Assembly: GCA_965178125.1 (NCBI GenBank)
Contig: OZ237773.1
Span: 62,001 to 126,000, forward strand
Direction: 5' to 3'
Source of the DNA: Bilabrum cf. latius
Lineage: Eukaryota
DNA: 64,000 nt
Shown here: in pieces, positions 62,501-64,000 of the stretch
Position numbering within the stretch: position 1 is the first letter of the stretch
Layout: every line of letters starts with the position of its first letter
Translations under genes and position numbers: made by a program
Notes under the pieces: generated by a model
What the model saw: the letters and a program-made list of their open reading frames with translations, nothing else
Told to the model about the DNA's origin: nothing
Databases searched by the model: none

Positions 62501-63273
62501 CGAGGCTTCGGCCACGCACCCCTACGCCACGGGTGCGCGACCAGGGCCAAGGTGACCCTGACTGGCAGCTCTGCAAGCCAGTAGTGGACCGTAAGCGGCC
62601 CCTGCTGTCCTTCGCAGCGTGTCAGGTGCTACATCGAGGCATCGGGAACAATCAATCCCACGCCTTGGTGGATCCCACTGCCGGGGGCAGTGGTTGGGTC
62701 CTCCGAGCCTGGAGCTCGGAGAGGTAGGGCGTGAGTTCAGATCTGAGCAGTTCTCCATCGGAAGAGGACGAGCTGCTGGGCTCAAGCCAAGGAAATACGT
62801 GGGGCACTTCTGACTGGGCCGAATGGCTATCCGCCTCGTCTGTCGTGCCAGTGGAACCGTGGGTTCCTAGCAGTTGGGATGACTCAGCTGCGCCATCGCA
62901 AACGTGGGCAGCCTGGATGCGATCCCTGCAGGATGCGGAGGGGCGCAGTCGTGCCAAAGAGGCACCGCCAGCGCTTGGTAGACAGCACCAGCGACTGGTG
63001 GCCCACCTGACAGCGGACCCCATGGTGCTCACGGGCGACCCCGAAGCAGCACGCGCCACCAGAGCGAAGCAGGTGCAGTGGGCTACGTACCTGCGTGCAG
63101 CGTGCCCGCCTCGTACCTTCCGAGCCAAGGACTGGAAGGCCATGTCACCGGCTGAGCGGACGCTGTGTGGATTTGCCCACGGTTTCCCGATGGGCCGCAC
63201 AGCAGCTGTCCAGCAGCAGGTCAAGCTGCCGACAAACTCCATCCCGACTGAGGCTGCGGCTGCAGTGCACTGC
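59534..63273 (+). mobile_element. Putative 3'-truncated DIRS/Ngaro-like retrotransposon fragment (gag-like ORF1 plus the start of pol)
   Basis: It lies between two halves of the NTPase-nuclease gene. It holds a 707-aa ORF1 and a second ORF ending WKAMSPAERTLCGFAHGFPMG...PTNSIP...AVHCEL, which resembles the region just before RT in DIRS-order elements. No RT core, RNase H, tyrosine recombinase or terminal repeats are seen. Boundaries are approximate. Confidence 0.5.
59875..61998 (+). CDS. ORF1 (putative Gag-like) of the inserted element, 707 aa
   Basis: ATG 59875 to TGA 61996. Track ORFs 59923..60657, 60685..61035 and 61123..61998 join through TAGs 59917, 60655, 61033 and 61048. Confidence 0.6.
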
Positions 63274-64000
63274 GAGCTGGGAGCCAGATGTCAATGAGAG
63301 ATGCAGTAAAGAATGGTGTGTTCGTCTGGGACCCAGAGAGGGACCCGAACAACGTCTTGCAAGAGCCACTGGCGATCTAGGCTGTGGAACAGGTTGGCTT
63401 GGAAGAGGTTCTTAACAAGGAAGCTAGCGATGACTTCATGCTGCACAGCTGGGCTGTAGACGTGGTGCACAATGATTACCAGAAAGGCAAACTGCTGGAG
63501 TAGGCAGTGGCCTGGGTGCTGCTGCGGGCGTGTTCGGGCGGCCCAGTGCCGTTGCAAGATGCCCTGAAGGGCCTTGTCGTTAGCAAGGTGGTGAACGACC
63601 GCACCGCAAATTATCTCAGCAGCACCAAGATCGATATCTAGCACGCGGCGCCAGTATGTAGGAAGTCTTTGGGGACATTGGAGCTTGACGACTGGAGCTG
63701 CACGGCAGATCCTCATACGGTATGGCACTCGTTCGACTAGTATTCAGGGATGGGCCTCTTCATGCGCACAGAGACTGGCAGCCCAATCGGGATCCAGGTG
63801 AAGTCGGGCAATGGTTCTTTTGCTGACGCTGTAGCCAGCTGCACCATGGGCTGGCAAGGTCTGTCGAGGGAGGAGGGAAAAAGTTACTAGCAGCACGCCG
63901 CTCGTGCTGCAGTCCTCAACTCTGACATTGCGTGCAGCGACCAGCCCCACGTGCGTTTGGTGGTGTCAGCGAATGGCTTCTCGACCCATGCGATTAAGGC
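63274..64000 (+). CDS. C-terminal part of the Crinkler-type gene: helical region plus restriction-endonuclease-fold domain (runs off the window end)
   Basis: This frame is absent from the ORF track because of TAGs at 63378, 63501, 63639, 63738 and 63888. It reads MSMRDAVKNGVFVWD...LQEPLAI*AVE...KGKLLE*AVAWVLL...SGMGLFMRTETGSPIGIQVKSG...HVRLVVS with no TAA or TGA for more than 700 nt. Confidence 0.6.

Noticed and set aside
1-64000. Mass pseudogenisation, leaky readthrough, pyrrolysine or selenocysteine as explanations for the in-frame stops
   Set aside because: The interruptions are only TAG, include tandem TAG TAG, occur up to about 21 times per gene and cluster in polyQ tracts. Sec uses UGA, and Pyl would not track Gln contexts.
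1-64000. A suppressor tRNA-Gln(CUA), other tRNA or rRNA, or eRF1 gene in the window
   Set aside because: I recognised no cloverleaf, rRNA or eRF1 sequence by eye. A tRNAscan-SE run is needed to exclude tRNAs.

Overview
GC-rich, gene-dense eukaryotic nuclear DNA with short GT-AG spliceosomal introns and Ala/Gly/Ser-rich proteins. A heterotrophic protist is my inference, since the sequence does not prove the taxon. The main result is that this organism appears to use a non-standard nuclear genetic code in which UAG is a sense codon, almost certainly Gln, while UGA and (rarely) UAA remain stops. The standard-code ORF track is fragmented at about 100 in-frame TAGs (hand count). Read as Gln, the fragments join into about 16 genes with no internal TAA or TGA. 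These include a 2272-aa LRR surface receptor with nine 303-bp repeats, BRAP2, a bulb-lectin protein, a 2542-aa RING protein, two ARM-repeat paralogs, a membrane-anchored multicopper oxidase, a P2X-like channel, Gemin2, RPL9 and a 3199-aa low-complexity protein. At the right end, a Crinkler-type P-loop NTPase plus restriction-endonuclease-fold gene appears split by a truncated DIRS/Ngaro-like retroelement, which also uses UAG as sense. A few pseudogene fragments and a diverged dispersed repeat are also present. All family assignments come from recognising motifs by eye, not from database searches.
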